Virus record (IMG/VR): IMGVR_UViG_3300044267_004151
Location: 1-27,690 of that record
DNA length: 27,690 bases
From: a virus
Lineage: Duplodnaviria > Caudoviricetes
Direction: 5' to 3' (one strand)
The notes under the pieces are model-generated. The model searched no databases. It had not been told where the DNA came from and was given only the letters and a program-made list of their open reading frames with translations. How positions within the stretch are numbered: position 1 is the first letter of the stretch; each line of letters starts with the position of its first letter. Positions 16,104 to 25,789 of this stretch are shown here, in pieces. Made by a program: the position numbers and the translations under genes.

Positions 16104-18284
16104 TTATACCTCTCTTGCTTTGAATTTAATTTCTCTTACAGATATTTGTAGTTCTGTAATTATAAATTTTATTTTATCATTTGCCGTGCCATCGCTATTT
16201 GCGTCATTCCAATCTTTGTTGAACGGCTTTAATGCTGAAGAATCTATACAAACTATATCGCCAATATCAATAGTGTAAAATTTTGGATTAACTAATGTTC
16301 CGGAAACTAGTATTTTCATATCTCCCAATATATTGAAATAATAATTAGCAAAATCTTCAACACCAATATCTGCCCCAGTTTCAGTCTTGTATACTGCGTC
16401 TAAACTAACTTCCTTGATATTTTCCTTAGTTTCTATATTATACTTATCCCTTATTGCGTCAGAGCCACCAGATTTATATTCAGTATACCTTCTATAATTA
16501 TTTAACTCTTGGTATTTTGCATATCTAATTCTATATTCTGTTTCCATTTTACTAAATCTTGTATGAGAGATATTTAATTTAGAAATATCATTATCGGTAA
16601 AATCCCAGTCTTGAGAAACACTACTATAATCTGATTTAAGAACAATATACTTTGATACAAGTGTTCTTGAATATGTAAAAATAAAGCAACCCTCATACTG
16701 CAACCTTTCCAATACATCCTTAACATCCTCCGGCTCTGAAATACAATATCTAACTTTCCAGTCACTTCTATCGCTCAATGAGGTTGCCCAGTCAATAGGA
16801 TTATCAGTTACACCACAATATCTATACAAGATATCCCTATGTGCTTCAATAACATTAGTACAGAGAGCCGGTGATCCGTTCCAACTATCTAAAAATCCAT
16901 CTTGATATGAGTATAAAACCTCCTCTACTGAATCACTTGAACTTTCGAACTCCCCTATTGCTTTTACATAATCAACATCAGTTTTCGTTGCACCACTATA
17001 AAGGTATACTGAACCTCCAGAGCCACTATAACTTACTGAAAATTTTAATGATATATTTTCAGCATATTCTCCAGAAGAAAGGCTGACTGTTTTTATATTG
17101 TTTAAATCAGATTGCGATGAAGGGGATGCAGATGTTATCGTCATTGTATGTGCATCTGTCCAACTTGTATCACTATTTACTGCGTATTGCCATTTCATAA
17201 CTATTGCACCACCACTCGGCATCACAATATTACTCGCTCTGATATCTGTCTGAAATTCAATTTTTGCTACATTACTCGTGGATATAGTGCCGGAAGGGAA
17301 CGGAAATCTAAACTCACAGTACCATTCCTTTGTGGCTAATGGTAAATTCGTACTAATAATATTTCCTAGATTACACTTATTGTAAAATGTATTAGGCATA
17401 GAGCCAGTATTAACTACACTTGAAGGGTAATACCCAAATCCTCTTTTTAGATTCTTTTTTGCTATTGAATAATAGTATGTACCATTCTCACCAGTAGCAG
17501 ATGCACTCGTCTGAGTATTTTGATCTGTTAATGGGATATAGGCATTTATACTCTTGTCAAATAAAAACAAAGCACCTTTACCACTTTCTTTTACCTCTCC
17601 GACTGCATACCAATGATACAGATTGTTTGTTGAAAATCTTGGGCAAGGTTTTAATCCAATATATAAATCTTCATCTGCTACATTTTTATTTGAGTAAGTT
17701 GGTAGACTTCCAGAATATCCGTGGTCAAAATCCCCATAACTTACCGGTACTGGCACAGATTCACCTAATGTGCCGGATACAGTAAAATTGTTTGGAATAG
17801 AAAGATGATCCCAAGGTCTTTTCGTTTGAATTTTTAATTCACAAAAATCGCTTGTTGCACTGACATCCACCAACCTACCTACATATAATTGTATTAGATG
17901 ATTTAAATTTCCCGGAGATAAGTCACCATCAGCCAAATCTTTTTGGAATGCTATATATAAATCACATCTTCTATTTAAATAATCATTATCACCATAAAGC
18001 AATAGTTCAGACAATTTGTTATTAGGAGTATAATTTTGATGGCAGGAAATCGTGATGTCACCAGTCTTTGAGGTTGATTTTTCCAAGTCCAAACTCTGCC
18101 TAATTGTTGGGTCATTTTTTATTATTGGATAACAATTTTTAGGAATATCATACGAAGAGTTATCTGTAAAATTCCCAGTTGATATTGCAAAATTCTTCCC
18201 ACTACCTTCATCAGAATGGTATAAAACTGCTATCAGTATCTTTTCTAAATTTTTTGTTGATTCTGTTATCTTTCCTACTGCCAC
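16104..18284 (-). CDS. Tail tip / hub (Tal-like) protein
   Basis: 726 aa directly after the tape measure gene; YVGRL, VPVSYGD and IDIGDIV motifs. Confidence 0.7.
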   Translation of the reverse strand: MAVGKITESTKNLEKILIAVLYHSDEGSGKNFAISTGNFTDNSSYDIPKNCYPIIKNDPTIRQSLDLEKSTSKTGDITISCHQNYTPNNKLSELLLYGDNDYLNRRCDLYIAFQKDLADGDLSPGNLNHLIQLYVGRLVDVSATSDFCELKIQTKRPWDHLSIPNNFTVSGTLGESVPVPVSYGDFDHGYSGSLPTYSNKNVADEDLYIGLKPCPRFSTNNLYHWYAVGEVKESGKGALFLFDKSINAYIPLTDQNTQTSASATGENGTYYYSIAKKNLKRGFGYYPSSVVNTGSMPNTFYNKCNLGNIISTNLPLATKEWYCEFRFPFPSGTISTSNVAKIEFQTDIRASNIVMPSGGAIVMKWQYAVNSDTSWTDAHTMTITSASPSSQSDLNNIKTVSLSSGEYAENISLKFSVSYSGSGGSVYLYSGATKTDVDYVKAIGEFESSSDSVEEVLYSYQDGFLDSWNGSPALCTNVIEAHRDILYRYCGVTDNPIDWATSLSDRSDWKVRYCISEPEDVKDVLERLQYEGCFIFTYSRTLVSKYIVLKSDYSSVSQDWDFTDNDISKLNISHTRFSKMETEYRIRYAKYQELNNYRRYTEYKSGGSDAIRDKYNIETKENIKEVSLDAVYKTETGADIGVEDFANYYFNILGDMKILVSGTLVNPKFYTIDIGDIVCIDSSALKPFNKDWNDANSDGTANDKIKFIITELQISVREIKFKAREV

Positions 18285-20446
18285 TATATCTTGCCCTCTC
18301 TGACTGCAATTTCTATGGCTGGGGCAATCTGCTCAACTGCAAATTCTTCAGTCATAACATTCCCCTCAATAGATATATGGTAATTATTTTGCTTGACTGG
18401 TTCTTCTTGTCTTGCAATATTCGATATATTTGTAATATTGCTTATTGGTGCAGGTATACTAGAGCCACCCACAATCCCACCGGCTTCAAATTTATTTATA
18501 ATACTATTCTTTATAAGTTTATCATCCCCAGAATTAACTGCCTCCATCAAAGGTAAGCCTAGTTTCTCAACTGCCTTTCTATTTATGATATATTCTCCTT
18601 GCTCTGCTTCTATTATCGTACCACCTTGTGAATGTCTTTTGCCTCCAATAAATCCTCCATCCTCATAAGGTGAATTTGCTATTGTCGCTAATTCTATTGC
18701 CCCAGCAGAAGCAGTTATACCAGCAAGAGCAATATTGAATGGTGGAGGTGCTGAACTTAATGCTTTTGAAACTCCAAGAGCGATATTAGAAACTGCTTCA
18801 GCATACTTTGCCGGTTTTAATGATTTTCTATTTTGCAAATCTTTCTGTCTAAACTTTTCTTTTATATTATTTATTTTTGCATTCTTTGTTTCCTCACTCA
18901 AACTTGACTGTTGAACTGCCTTCAGTTCAGATTCCATATCTTCATCTAATTTTTGTTTTTTAAAGTCGTAAAGGTTACTGTAAACATCACCAACAGCACC
19001 TCCCCACTTTGATACTTGCCCTCCTATCTTTTCAAGACCTTTGCCCCATTCTTCTGTAAGTTTTTCCATCCCTCCAGAATCGCTATCATCACCACCTTCA
19101 CCAGAACTGAATACTTTTTTTAATGGTTTCTTAATTTTCTTGCCACCTTCTTCCGATGTTAGAGCCATATTATTTAAAGCATTAGACCAAATTTCATCCA
19201 TCTTATCAGCAAAATCTTCGACATCTTCAATAGTATCTGATCCGAAAATATCTTTCATTAAGTCTGTTTTCATTCCTTGTTTTTGCAGGTCAGCAATCGT
19301 TTCATCATACTTTGCCGTAATACCATCAGTATCAATTAATTCACTCAATTTTAAAGGTTCAAACCCCAAACTCGTAGCAATAGAATTATACTGTTTCTTA
19401 ATAAAATTAATTGCCTTTGCAAATGTATTTTGCATATTTGCTGACAATACTGCGAGGTCAGATTTTAACATTTCCCAAGCAATTTTTCCACCTATTACGA
19501 TTGGCTCAAAAACATAAGAAGAAAAACGACTTATCCAGTTGAATAATTTTGTAAAAGCACCTACAATAATCGGAGGTATTAATTCAACTGCTTTTTTCCA
19601 AGTAAATGAAAACAATTCCGGTATTCCTCCAAGTGATACTCTAAATGTATCAACAACTGCTTGCCCTAGTATAGACATATTGTTTCCGATATTCTTAAAT
19701 GATTTTGTCCAATCAATTTTTCCAGTAAAATCAAACGCACCTGCCAAAGCATCAGTAACCTCTGAAACTGCCGGCAAAATCTTTTCCCCTATTTCTGTTC
19801 CTAAATTTTTTAAACTCGCACCGAATCTTTGAAAAGCATCCCCTTGTTGTTCAATTATACCACCAGACCTTTCAACATTTTTTAAACCGATTTCCATAGT
19901 TTCATTGATTAAAGCCTGCTTTCTTTCCTCCTCTGTCAAAGCACTTGCAGATTTGTTCAATATTTTAGCATACTTTTCATTTGCCTTGTTTACATCTAAT
20001 TGAATCCCTAAATTATCAAGAATCATTTTTGATCCTCTACCAAGACCAGTTACTATTGAATTTAACATAAAATCCATAGATTCACCAGTTGCTTGTGAAG
20101 ATGCTCTCGCTATTTTTAGCATATCATCAAACCTACTAGTATCCAATCCAAGTAGAGATGCTTGATTTGCTTTCTGCATAAGTTCCATATCTGAAATCAT
20201 ACCAGATGTGGCTTTCTTCATTGAATTTAATAATTTATTCGGTTCGTCTTGTAGGTTTATGAAGGCTCTTTCAACACCCTGCATATCCCCTGCCATCTTT
20301 GCCCACTCAACAGACTTTGTTCCGGCTTGATAAAGGACATACGCACCTGCTAATTTTTTTACACCGGCAGTTACCTTCCCAAGAGCAGATGTAACATTTC
20401 TTTCCCCTTTGGTTTTAAAATCAATTATATGCTTATTTACGCTCAT
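18284..20446 (-). CDS. Tail tape measure protein
   Basis: 720 aa, helical; S.MILDNLGI motif; C-terminal GG.IGGKRHSQGG.IIEAE.GEYIIN; follows the chaperone gene. Confidence 0.93.
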   Translation of the reverse strand: MSVNKHIIDFKTKGERNVTSALGKVTAGVKKLAGAYVLYQAGTKSVEWAKMAGDMQGVERAFINLQDEPNKLLNSMKKATSGMISDMELMQKANQASLLGLDTSRFDDMLKIARASSQATGESMDFMLNSIVTGLGRGSKMILDNLGIQLDVNKANEKYAKILNKSASALTEEERKQALINETMEIGLKNVERSGGIIEQQGDAFQRFGASLKNLGTEIGEKILPAVSEVTDALAGAFDFTGKIDWTKSFKNIGNNMSILGQAVVDTFRVSLGGIPELFSFTWKKAVELIPPIIVGAFTKLFNWISRFSSYVFEPIVIGGKIAWEMLKSDLAVLSANMQNTFAKAINFIKKQYNSIATSLGFEPLKLSELIDTDGITAKYDETIADLQKQGMKTDLMKDIFGSDTIEDVEDFADKMDEIWSNALNNMALTSEEGGKKIKKPLKKVFSSGEGGDDSDSGGMEKLTEEWGKGLEKIGGQVSKWGGAVGDVYSNLYDFKKQKLDEDMESELKAVQQSSLSEETKNAKINNIKEKFRQKDLQNRKSLKPAKYAEAVSNIALGVSKALSSAPPPFNIALAGITASAGAIELATIANSPYEDGGFIGGKRHSQGGTIIEAEQGEYIINRKAVEKLGLPLMEAVNSGDDKLIKNSIINKFEAGGIVGGSSIPAPISNITNISNIARQEEPVKQNNYHISIEGNVMTEEFAVEQIAPAIEIAVREGKI

Positions 20447-20837
20447 TTTCTGCCTTTCTTATGTGATTTATTTCTTCTTTTATAATCATCCAAGCATCTA
20501 TGAAATCAGCCGGTGTTTCATTAAATGAAGGATATGGAGGTGTATTACTTTCAGAGCAGTACAAATATTGCTTAATCATAATCTGCGAATCACTATCAAT
20601 TAAATCTTCAGAGTTTGACCAGTAAAAATGTTCAAGGTAAAGTGCTTCACCTATCTTATCAAATCCCTCCTCTACACACTCATCTACAAACTCTACCATA
20701 TAATTATACACATCCTCAATCTTTTTAAAAACTCTCGTTCCCTTCGATACCTTTGCCTTGTAAGGAAAATTATATCTAGACTTTTGAACACCCTTATAAC
20801 TAAGCCATACATTCAGTCTTAAAAGTGATTCTTTTAT
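20433..20837 (-). CDS. Tail assembly chaperone gpT-like extension (expressed by -1 frameshift)
   Basis: The -1 frame is open from the A9 run (20845-20837) through the 20433..20711 ORF. Confidence 0.8.
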   Translation of the reverse strand: MKESLLRLNVWLSYKGVQKSRYNFPYKAKVSKGTRVFKKIEDVYNYMVEFVDECVEEGFDKIGEALYLEHFYWSNSEDLIDSDSQIMIKQYLYCSESNTPPYPSFNETPADFIDAWMIIKEEINHIRKAENERK

Positions 20838-21073
20838 TTTTTTTTATTCACATTATCCAAACAAGCACCGGCAATTTCCACTATATCATCAGCAGAAAGT
20901 TCATTGATTTGTTCATCGTTTAATGTGGTGCACTTTTTAATAACATCAACCCACATAGTAAAAGTGACTGAATCCATATTTTGTAAAATTCTGTCATTTA
21001 AATCACATCGGTCTTTTAGATTAAGTTGCACAACCTCATAATTCTTCTTACCAACTTTAATTATGTTACTCAT
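20834..21073 (-). CDS. Tail assembly chaperone (gpG-like)
   Basis: Between the tail tube and tape measure genes; ends AAT AAA AAA AAA TAA. Confidence 0.8.
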   Translation of the reverse strand: MSNIIKVGKKNYEVVQLNLKDRCDLNDRILQNMDSVTFTMWVDVIKKCTTLNDEQINELSADDIVEIAGACLDNVNKKK

Positions 21074-21091
21074 ACTCTCCTCTTTTATTAA

Positions 21092-22117
21092 TTACATTGT
21101 TAATCTTAATATTTTTGATGAAGAACCCAACACTCTAGCACCCTTTACTGTTACTGAATTTCTTAATTCTGGATTACCAGTATCAACAGAATGTTCAGTT
21201 GTCCTTCCGTAAACATATACATTCCAAAGACTATTATTCCCAACTGCCATAACATTGTTTCCAGAATAATTTTTAGCACCAGTATTGTCAAAATTTTCAT
21301 CTCTTTTATAGGTTACATTACCTATTATTTCCCAAGCACCATTCATTATATACCCATCCGGGTCTTTTGAACCTCCGTGCCATCCCACTCTTTCAATATT
21401 CCTCTGAACTGAAACAGAATAAGAGTATGGGTGAATTTCATATCCAGCACTACTAGATGATAGGTATGTTCCGGCACTTGTCCAGTCTCTGAAGTTAGGT
21501 GCAGTTCCCCAAGTACTTGTATATGTATTATCACCGTCAGTCATATCATCTGTATAAGAGGTATCATACCCAGTTACAAATGTCATTTCCACTATCGGTA
21601 AACCACCCTCAGAATCTATTGCGTGATTTAATACCATTGAAGTAGCAACACACCCTTTGTATACAATATCTTTTTTTACAGAAGCACTTGCAGTTTCGTA
21701 TCCACCACCACCAATATGAATACAAGCAGATTTACCATACCCTGCCGTAGCCATTACTGCATTATGTTCAAACTTTGGTGCTGAATACTGCCCAGTTATT
21801 TGATTGTCGCCATCATTATCCTCAAATAAGTATCCACACATCATATCTAATACGACTGGAGTGCATATCGCTGAAAATGATATTTCATACATCTCACTCG
21901 AAGAATCATAAGCAGTTGCATCTATTTCAATGCTCTTTTGCCCTTGAAGAACTGGAGATTCTGCGACTGATGCCTTTATGTCTACTATTGTCGGAGGACT
22001 AATTAATGGTATTTCATAAGCAGTTGCCGAACCTATGGTTGAACTGCCCATATTAGTTTCCTCAAAAATACCTAATCTTAAATCCTTTGAACTCTTTAAT
22101 TGTGTACCTACTGCCAT
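21092..22117 (-). CDS. Tail tube / major tail protein, paralog 2
   Basis: Position upstream of the chaperone; E...G N-terminus, YKGC strand; homologous to 22133..23368. Confidence 0.7.
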   Translation of the reverse strand: MAVGTQLKSSKDLRLGIFEETNMGSSTIGSATAYEIPLISPPTIVDIKASVAESPVLQGQKSIEIDATAYDSSSEMYEISFSAICTPVVLDMMCGYLFEDNDGDNQITGQYSAPKFEHNAVMATAGYGKSACIHIGGGGYETASASVKKDIVYKGCVATSMVLNHAIDSEGGLPIVEMTFVTGYDTSYTDDMTDGDNTYTSTWGTAPNFRDWTSAGTYLSSSSAGYEIHPYSYSVSVQRNIERVGWHGGSKDPDGYIMNGAWEIIGNVTYKRDENFDNTGAKNYSGNNVMAVGNNSLWNVYVYGRTTEHSVDTGNPELRNSVTVKGARVLGSSSKILRLTM

Positions 22118-22132
22118 CTAACTATCTCCTTA

Positions 22133-23368
22133 TTAAAAGTCTATGTTTACTATGTTATTAGAATCTGAATGTAAAGTCCAAGTTTCAGAATTATATGTCT
22201 CTGCAACATAATTAACGGCAGTTGCGAACCTATCATTTTCAATATGCGTTACAATATGGTCTGCATTGTATGTTCCTTCAGAAGCACCTGCTATTGTAAC
22301 CTTCTGACCTACACCTAATCCGTGACCACTTGAAGTAAACCAAGTATCTGAATTGTCGCCTGCTGGACCATTTGCAAATACAGTGACGGCACCGGTTGCT
22401 CTATGATTTCCAGTACCAGTATATGAATATGTTGCCCTCATATCTGCACTTCCAGTATCTACACTGCAATCATTCATCTTTCCGTTCAATCTAACATCAT
22501 AACCAGTTCCGGACACTTTAAATCCAGATATTTTATTATTACGCAAATAATCATCAAAATTTAATTGATTTGCATCGTGCTTGATTGTTATAGAGCCTTC
22601 AACTGAATGGTTGCCCACCTGCAAATATCCAAGTGGGTTGTTACTACCATCATATCCAACTCTCTGTATATCCCTTGAAACATTTAATGTATATCCATAC
22701 GCTCTACAATCATAATTAGAACTGCCTGCCGTTTCACCAATCCAGCGACCATTAACACAATCAAGGTCTACAAAATGTTGAGCCACCTCACTATAATGAG
22801 CCGTAGGACTTCCTGCTGAAGCAATATTAGATAAAGCAACCGGATAAGCAGTTACCCAAGTCAATGTCATTATTGGGAAGCCACCATTAGAATCTATCGA
22901 ATGAGCAACTTCTACACTTTTAAGGATACATCCTTTAAATAATAAATCATTATTTGGTGTAGCAAAGTCATATCCTGCACCCTTAACCAGTATCACTTGA
23001 GATGAATTATTTGCAACAGTAGCACCGGCATCCAAATTTGGCTGAGTGTAGGCACTCGAACTTAGGTAAACTTGCCCACCAAGTAAACCTTTACCAGAAT
23101 ATGTCATAGCATCAGCAGTAGCCAAAACTTGAACACTAATTTCCCATAAAGCATTGTCCAACCTTTGCTTTGATTGGTTATGGTCAAGAAAATATTTTCC
23201 AGTCCTTTCAGAACCTACATCTAAAGGCACATTCCCAATATTAATAGAAGGTGGTGCTATTGCATTTAGTAAATGGTATGTACTACTTGTTCCAGCACCT
23301 ACAGTTGCTTCATCGCCTATTACAAATTCAATTTCTTGCGATATTTTAAAATTCTTACTTATTGCCAT
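22133..23368 (-). CDS. Tail tube / major tail protein, paralog 1, with an extra C-terminal beta domain
   Basis: FKGC...HSIDSNGG motif; C-terminal GHGLGVGQKVTIAG module. Confidence 0.7.
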   Translation of the reverse strand: MAISKNFKISQEIEFVIGDEATVGAGTSSTYHLLNAIAPPSINIGNVPLDVGSERTGKYFLDHNQSKQRLDNALWEISVQVLATADAMTYSGKGLLGGQVYLSSSAYTQPNLDAGATVANNSSQVILVKGAGYDFATPNNDLLFKGCILKSVEVAHSIDSNGGFPIMTLTWVTAYPVALSNIASAGSPTAHYSEVAQHFVDLDCVNGRWIGETAGSSNYDCRAYGYTLNVSRDIQRVGYDGSNNPLGYLQVGNHSVEGSITIKHDANQLNFDDYLRNNKISGFKVSGTGYDVRLNGKMNDCSVDTGSADMRATYSYTGTGNHRATGAVTVFANGPAGDNSDTWFTSSGHGLGVGQKVTIAGASEGTYNADHIVTHIENDRFATAVNYVAETYNSETWTLHSDSNNIVNIDF

Positions 23369-23727
23369 TACCCATCTCCTTTACTTGCTTTGATTTTTTC
23401 TAATAAATCTGATTTTGTATCTCCAGAATTAAAGGCAATAGAATTATCAATCATATAATCTTTGAGTTCACTTTTTGTCCAATTATCTGAAGGGTCTGAA
23501 CTCTTTACCTCTTCAGAATTGGAATTAACAATCCCTTCATCACTGGCACTTCCATCAACACTTTCAAGGTGTTCTGACAAATCTTTGCCCAGCAATCTTG
23601 GACTTGTTTCAATCTCTACTGCACTACCTTCCATTAACATATTATGCTTCCACTCGCAAATCCCAAAAAAAGATTCATCATTAGACAAACCCTTGTAGGA
23701 TTCTTTTGCTTTAAATTTACCTCTCAT
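23368..23727 (-). CDS. HeH/LEM (Rho-N/SAP-like) domain protein
   Basis: C-terminal WTKSELKDYM...I.F....TKSDLLEKIK. Confidence 0.7.
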   Translation of the reverse strand: MRGKFKAKESYKGLSNDESFFGICEWKHNMLMEGSAVEIETSPRLLGKDLSEHLESVDGSASDEGIVNSNSEEVKSSDPSDNWTKSELKDYMIDNSIAFNSGDTKSDLLEKIKASKGDG

Positions 23728-23736
23728 ACTTTCTCC

Positions 23737-24156
23737 TTATAATGAATCGTGATTTTCAAGAGTTACACTCAACTGAGTTACACTCAAGTTTTCAATATCT
23801 GTTTCAATGTCATACTCTATTGAAGGTATCTGCAAGTCAAACCAATACCCAGATATATTTCTATTACTATTTAATAATTTTTTCAACCTATCGCATCTAT
23901 TCCTCACATATTCAGTCCTATGTATAGAATCCTTATCAAGATAGTAATGGACTATTTCAATATTAAATATTCTTCTTTCAAATACGCTTGTTGTTAATAC
24001 ATCCTCTGAACTTGATAAATGTATTCTAATACTTTCGTCTGTTGGTTGTGCAACATAATCACTTGATATATAAATTGAAGGAAACTCATCATTAATTACC
24101 TTTAAAAGTTTTTCTTCTATCTTAGGAAATGCCGTCTTTGTATATGCTATCGCCAT
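23737..24156 (-). CDS. Putative tail terminator / tail completion protein
   Basis: Size (139 aa), position upstream of the tube genes and alpha/beta pattern. Confidence 0.6.
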   Translation of the reverse strand: MAIAYTKTAFPKIEEKLLKVINDEFPSIYISSDYVAQPTDESIRIHLSSSEDVLTTSVFERRIFNIEIVHYYLDKDSIHRTEYVRNRCDRLKKLLNSNRNISGYWFDLQIPSIEYDIETDIENLSVTQLSVTLENHDSL

Positions 24157-25121
24157 AATTGAATACTCTTTGATTTAGCATTGGTAGGCTCTACATTCTG
24201 AACCTCAACAAACCAAGTATCTGAAAATGTCATTGAATCCCCAGCAAATCTAAAATTCAAGCCACCAGATAATCTCTGTAATTGCCCATTTAATGTAATT
24301 GTTTCTGATTGACCAAATAATCTGTCAGACTTCTTTGTATAGATTCTAACTTGTGCTTCGTGTAATGCACCGGCTACTACGCATACAATTTTTATCTTAT
24401 CATATCCGTGACCAGACCATCTTCCAGATAATTGAACCAAATCCATTCCACCAGACACACTCCCTCTAATGATTTTACCCTTATTAGATATGTTCCGTGA
24501 TTCATATAATAATTTGACATCACCGGAATTAATCTTATCAACTATACCAGTTCTATCTAGGTTTGTAACCTTTGAATAGATATAATCTGCCTTTTCATAT
24601 TCTTCTTCAGAATTTAACAATGCTACATAAGCAAGTAAACATTCTGCCTTCTTTATGATATAGTCATACTCTGCATTGTCATCTTGTGAGGAACCATCAT
24701 TATAAACCATCGCCTTAGGAATCGGTGTAACATGAGCCGTGATTAATGAATTTAATTCTTGACTAGCATCGCACAACAAGGTATCTATAAACGCATCCTT
24801 ATCTAAACCACTTTCAATTCTTGAATCATCATTTGGATCATCCGTGTGGTATAGTGCAACATAATCTTCACCAGTATTGTAAAACCACTTTTGATTGCCC
24901 GTCACATCCCCGAGAGTTGCTACCTTTGTACCCTCAATACCATTTATGAATATCTGAAAGTCAGCACTCTTACTAAGACCAGTACTATAATGTAGCCAAA
25001 GATTAGCAGAGCCACCGGATATCCATTTTTTTAGATGAGTTCTGTTTAAATACTTGGTATAATCTTTACAAATTTTATAAAAGAAACTTTGGTCGCTATA
25101 TTTAAAATCACTTACTGCCAT
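24147..25121 (-). CDS. Putative head-tail adaptor with accessory domains
   Basis: Central helical segment (IDTLLCDASQELNSLI...PIP) resembles gp6/gp36-type connectors; first structural gene after the lysis block. Confidence 0.5.
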   Translation of the reverse strand: MAVSDFKYSDQSFFYKICKDYTKYLNRTHLKKWISGGSANLWLHYSTGLSKSADFQIFINGIEGTKVATLGDVTGNQKWFYNTGEDYVALYHTDDPNDDSRIESGLDKDAFIDTLLCDASQELNSLITAHVTPIPKAMVYNDGSSQDDNAEYDYIIKKAECLLAYVALLNSEEEYEKADYIYSKVTNLDRTGIVDKINSGDVKLLYESRNISNKGKIIRGSVSGGMDLVQLSGRWSGHGYDKIKIVCVVAGALHEAQVRIYTKKSDRLFGQSETITLNGQLQRLSGGLNFRFAGDSMTFSDTWFVEVQNVEPTNAKSKSIQLWR

Positions 25122-25289
25122 TTACATCTCCTTAATCATCCCCTTGACCTGCTTCCACACTTTGTCATCTGTTTCCGATTTTGTTGCTTGAACATAATTA
25201 TCGCCTACCTTGATAAGTATATCTTTCAGATTTATGCTTCTAGCCATCTTTTTTATGATTTTTTCTAATATTTTCAATTTAAAACCCAT
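25122..25289 (-). CDS. 55-aa amphipathic protein (not in ORF track)
   Basis: AAGGA RBS; MGFKLKILEKIIKKM...TKSETDDKVW. Confidence 0.65.
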   Translation of the reverse strand: MGFKLKILEKIIKKMARSINLKDILIKVGDNYVQATKSETDDKVWKQVKGMIKEM

Positions 25290-25298
25290 TATCTATCC

Positions 25299-25370
25299 TT
25301 ATTTCCTTTTCTTTTTTTTCTTTTTAGGACTTGTAACCTTTTTTCCGTAAGTTCCTTTACCTTTAGGCAT
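25299..25370 (-). CDS. 23-aa basic micropeptide (not in ORF track)
   Basis: MPKGKGTYGKKVTSPKKKKKKRK fills the gap between its neighbours. Confidence 0.6.
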   Translation of the reverse strand: MPKGKGTYGKKVTSPKKKKKKRK

Positions 25371-25371
25371 A

Positions 25372-25515
25372 TTACTTGCCCACCAATTTAAAGATTGATT
25401 TTTTTATTGATGTCCATATAAGGTCATCCCATTCAGTTGGTGATAATGCAACCAATTTATCAATCGCCATTATTCCTATTAAAAAGTATTCCCAATTATT
25501 TATTACAAAATCCAT
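25372..25515 (-). CDS. 47-aa holin-like membrane protein (not in ORF track)
   Basis: AAGGAG RBS; MDFVINNWEYFLIGIMAIDKLVALSPTEWDD... Confidence 0.65.
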   Translation of the reverse strand: MDFVINNWEYFLIGIMAIDKLVALSPTEWDDLIWTSIKKSIFKLVGK

Positions 25516-25656
25516 TTACTTCTCCTTATTGTATAGTGAGAATAGAGTTTTTACCTTGTCCTTCAAGACATCTATGTCTACTCTCATTCTCGTTAGTATT
25601 GTTACAAGCAACACAAAGGCTGTAAGTTGTTCCCAGTAATCTGTTATAAAATTCAT
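25516..25656 (-). CDS. 46-aa membrane / coiled-coil protein (not in ORF track)
   Basis: AGAGGT RBS; MNFITDYWEQLTAFVLLVTILTRMRVDIDVLKDKVK... Confidence 0.65.
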   Translation of the reverse strand: MNFITDYWEQLTAFVLLVTILTRMRVDIDVLKDKVKTLFSLYNKEK

Positions 25657-25789
25657 TATGTACCTCTATATGTTTATGTTCTACCTCACAGTAGGATGGA
25701 CATCTATATCCGGATTTATATTCAATAAAATTCACAATCATATTAATTGCTATATTTATCAAAATTATCCATTTATCTGTTGCCCCCAT
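25526..25789 (-). CDS. Small protein with a hydrophobic N-terminus and CPSYC-x3-H-x-H motif; 3' half overlaps the next gene
   Basis: Fills 25657-25765; boundaries uncertain. Confidence 0.4.
   Translation of the reverse strand: MGATDKWIILINIAINMIVNFIEYKSGYRCPSYCEVEHKHIEVHNEFYNRLLGTTYSLCVACNNTNENESRHRCLEGQGKNSILTIQ

Noticed and set aside
15219-18284. Diversity-generating retroelement target
   Set aside because: No reverse transcriptase and no template/variable repeat pair seen.
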